DNA of 64,000 nucleotides from a virus: positions 32,001 through 96,000 of the IMG/VR virus record IMGVR_UViG_3300008448_000014, one strand, 5' to 3'. Positions 62,401-64,000 of the stretch are shown piece by piece (position 1 is the stretch's first letter; each line of letters opens with the position of its first letter). The notes under the pieces are model-generated. The model made no database searches. It was not told the origin of the DNA and saw nothing but the letters and a program-made list of their open reading frames with translations. The position numbers were made by a program, and so were the translations under genes.

Positions 62401-62662
62401 GAATATGTACAATTATAGATTTGGTGATGATTTTGTTGCAGATAATTACAATGGAATATTCCAAGCTAATATGCCTAGTGTATATGATAAAGGAAGTAAG
62501 AAAGCTAATATGGTTCCTGTACTTAACTCTAAAGGAGAAACTATACGTTTTCAAGAAGTTGATGCAACAGAAGATGAACTAACTCCTATCCCTTCTTTAG
62601 CTACCAACCCTATAAAAGCAGCTAAAAATGGTTCTATTGTTAGTGCATACAAAAAACTATAA
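59423..62662 (+). CDS. Virion cargo/ejection protein with Gly-rich hydrophobic segment
   Basis: GGGIGSAAGTAIGGPLGGAIG glycine zipper, GQSHDDGG..VEVERGE, xQxGG motifs; likely start ATG 59423. Confidence 0.65.
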   Translation: MKAQILKIAGVKSEKEFYKKYPSEEAFMKKHGKEFKKAQTANAIDKAQLGADINKNGIPDYLELNPPTSNQAFGPQNQWNFGNNISNTPSFGAPSVQQMADNTFQPAADPFAMQNYGNQFVQNNPLPANNPNSQFSNSVFLEDKSVTGGLGGKDYGKGDGMSKAMPYVNAGMDVIQGISEIKRQKERKRAAKQNSLVTGKLAEAEESVDVDAERQRQDYATRKRNAFMAPQVGESLFPVIGVGSNPLAQYGGEIQNTYAPKYDIYDDGGYEPLNDSDKVKTYQMGGNFSEKYGEYAQYEPYATALSNRFLNQGGQPDAGSMIGGGIGSAAGTAIGGPLGGAIGKFAGSAIGGLIDTTDRDIKKFQNESQRNIGRVTGQAFRKGIQDQNQSYMEDGGYVSNDWTPQVIAKFGDHTAEDYYNYAHEYDTLRAGGHVKSEQYTPVSNRGMETAALGGSVKTLWGGEVKPISYNPYMPNSGETVNFYGQSHDDGGIGVKYGQGGESQQGEEASVEVERGEPSFEMIDPNTGNPTLNVLGDRKVHASFAKQLGDPDLIKIAKQYDGKKFKNIGLELSKKENKYTSVIDKNTKELNDLTPKNQFDKLKLNALEKNIEGAHLGLKQIADTKMTLTHFQNAINDTADELGENLGKDISSSNLNKGKVMFGKDKGQIAKYGATVKKAQDGTTTSTPKLTKEQYQELQDAYIKSKVAQKGPEVEGFQKLFHKYFPKEAVDIIKKAGKDRGITTRGVELGLTKEELEKGENSAKILGSNEEGIFGPRTEQYWKTASDAYNQSLTTPAITQTTAAKQEEDKVYDVKANKRNPYIDAGNQILRYLRPSDAEELDPNQLYGELYGLANNQVEPVQAQFYRPELNVPYDINRQAAKNDLVAQTRAAQRMVGYNPAAQAMIAAQAYNPMQQLNEQDFIDNQRMKDQVYSGNRATLNDAQLKNLAIADNQYTRQEAAKSNTKAINQAALNSIASKYAQNKLENRTLRTYENMYNYRFGDDFVADNYNGIFQANMPSVYDKGSKKANMVPVLNSKGETIRFQEVDATEDELTPIPSLATNPIKAAKNGSIVSAYKKL

Positions 62663-62727
62663 TAATTTTAATTAAAATGAATTAACTAATTGCATTATGT
62701 AGTATTGGAAGATTTAATTTTTTCTAT

Positions 62728-62735
62728 TACATTTG
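62728..62735 (+). promoter_or_regulatory. -7 box TACATTTG
   Basis: TAnnTTTG consensus, 16 nt before ATG 62752. Confidence 0.6.
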
Positions 62736-62751
62736 CTAATAAATATTTGAT

Positions 62752-63372
62752 ATGGCTTCATTTACAGGAATTATATATTTAACAACAAATTTAATAAATG
62801 GTAAAATTTATATAGGACAAAGTTTTTCTACTAGTTGTTACTATAAAGGAGGAGGAAGTGCCTTAAAAAAAGCTATAGCTAAATATGGTAAATGTAATTT
62901 TAAAAAACAAATTTTAATAGATAATGTAGAAACAGCTAATCAATTAAATTGTTTAGAAAAATTTTATATTAAATTATATGATTCTTCAAATAAAACTATA
63001 GGATATAATATAAGAGAAGGTGGTGAAAATAAAGCTTTTAAACACACAAAAGAAGCAAAACTTAAAATTATAGAAAGAAGTAACCAATCAGATAATAAAA
63101 AAAGAATAAAAGAAATACAAAAATTAGCAGCAATTTCTAGAGTAGGAACACATCATACAACTTTTTCTAAATTAAAAATGTTAACAACAAAATTTGGAAG
63201 ATTAAAAGAAATTGAAATTTATGATAAAGAAAATAATTTATTGTATACTTGTAATTTTTCTACAGAAGCTGAAAAATTAACTAATGTTAAATCATCTGGT
63301 ATAAGAAATAACCTATCTGGATTATCACAATCTGCAGGTGGATTTGTTTTCAGATATAAAAATATAAAATAA
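62752..63372 (+). CDS. GIY-YIG (Seg-like) homing endonuclease fused to the first codons of its target gene
   Basis: MASFT-GIIYLTTNLINGKIYIGQ; YKGGG; C-terminal IEIYDKENNLL...AGGFVFRY. Confidence 0.9.
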   Translation: MASFTGIIYLTTNLINGKIYIGQSFSTSCYYKGGGSALKKAIAKYGKCNFKKQILIDNVETANQLNCLEKFYIKLYDSSNKTIGYNIREGGENKAFKHTKEAKLKIIERSNQSDNKKRIKEIQKLAAISRVGTHHTTFSKLKMLTTKFGRLKEIEIYDKENNLLYTCNFSTEAEKLTNVKSSGIRNNLSGLSQSAGGFVFRYKNIK

Positions 63373-64000
63373 TGAGTTCATTTACAGATAACCCTCAAGC
63401 ACTTTCCACATTTAATCCATACATTCAACAGCTCCCTGTTGAAGCTATGGTTAAAGTTGGTATGCAAAAACAACAACAGTATGATGAGGGTATACAAAAA
63501 ATACAAACTAATATAGATAACATTGCTGGTCTAGATGTTGTAAGAGATGTTGATAAAGCATATTTACAAACTAAAATTAATGAGCTGGGAAACAATTTAA
63601 AAATTGTAGGAGCTGGAGATTTTTCAGATTTCCAACTTGTTAATTCTGTTAATGGAATGACTACTCAAATAGCAAAAGATCCTAATGTTCAAAACGCTGT
63701 TTCTTCTACAGCTAAACTTAGAAAAGAACAAGCAAGAAAAGAAAAAGCTATACAAGATGGTAAGTCTTCTCCAGATAATGAATGGTTTTTTGGTAAACAA
63801 GTTTCAAATTATTTAAATGATTCAAATTTAGATCAATCTTTTAATGGCCAATATATAGAATATAAAGACGTAGATAAGAAACTTAGAGCTTTAGCATCTG
63901 ATTTACAAAAAGCTGGAGTTGATACAACTATTGATAATCCTTTTAAAAGAGATAATTTAACAGGCAAAACTCTTTATTATAATAAAGATGGTTCTGTTTC
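63372..64000 (+). CDS. Large virion cargo protein, 5' part (runs off window end; not in the ORF track)
   Basis: MSSFTDNPQALSTFNPYIQQLPVEAMVKVGMQKQQQYD...; TAATG overlap with the endonuclease stop; open to the window end. Confidence 0.8.
   Translation, partial: MSSFTDNPQALSTFNPYIQQLPVEAMVKVGMQKQQQYDEGIQKIQTNIDNIAGLDVVRDVDKAYLQTKINELGNNLKIVGAGDFSDFQLVNSVNGMTTQIAKDPNVQNAVSSTAKLRKEQARKEKAIQDGKSSPDNEWFFGKQVSNYLNDSNLDQSFNGQYIEYKDVDKKLRALASDLQKAGVDTTIDNPFKRDNLTGKTLYYNKDGSV

Noticed and set aside
1-64000. Stop-codon reassignment, as in some crAss-like phages
   Set aside because: All core genes are full length in the standard code, and TAA, TAG and TGA all occur as coupled stops. No suppressor tRNA was seen.

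Overview
This AT-rich window comes from a crAss-like (Crassvirales-type) phage of Bacteroidota, probably a Flavobacterium-like host. It uses the standard genetic code and shows no tRNA or CRISPR array. The left arm (1-27 kb, minus strand) holds small early genes and a replication module: SF2 helicase, DnaB-like helicase, prim-pol, a replication-initiator-like protein, PolA, a MoxR/vWA pair, a nucleotidyltransferase and a phosphoesterase. The right arm (27.4-64 kb, plus strand) holds terminase, portal, scaffold, major capsid, ring/tail, muzzle and cargo genes. The main unexplained signal is seven free-standing homing endonuclease genes (4 GIY-YIG, 3 HNH) with no intron or intein around them. 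Several seem to have inserted into the start of a target gene, leaving the original 5' end as a dead stub upstream and supplying a diverged replacement 5' end downstream, usually with a Bacteroidota TAnnTTTG promoter box just upstream. The clearest case is a 40-codon orphan copy of the PolA N-terminus that stops at the ExoI motif. Other leads are a ~600-nt structured ncRNA candidate (20.7-21.3 kb), apparently recoded final codons of the major capsid gene beside an HNH gene, and a muzzle gene split by poly-Thr modules. All calls come from reading motifs by eye; no database searches were run.
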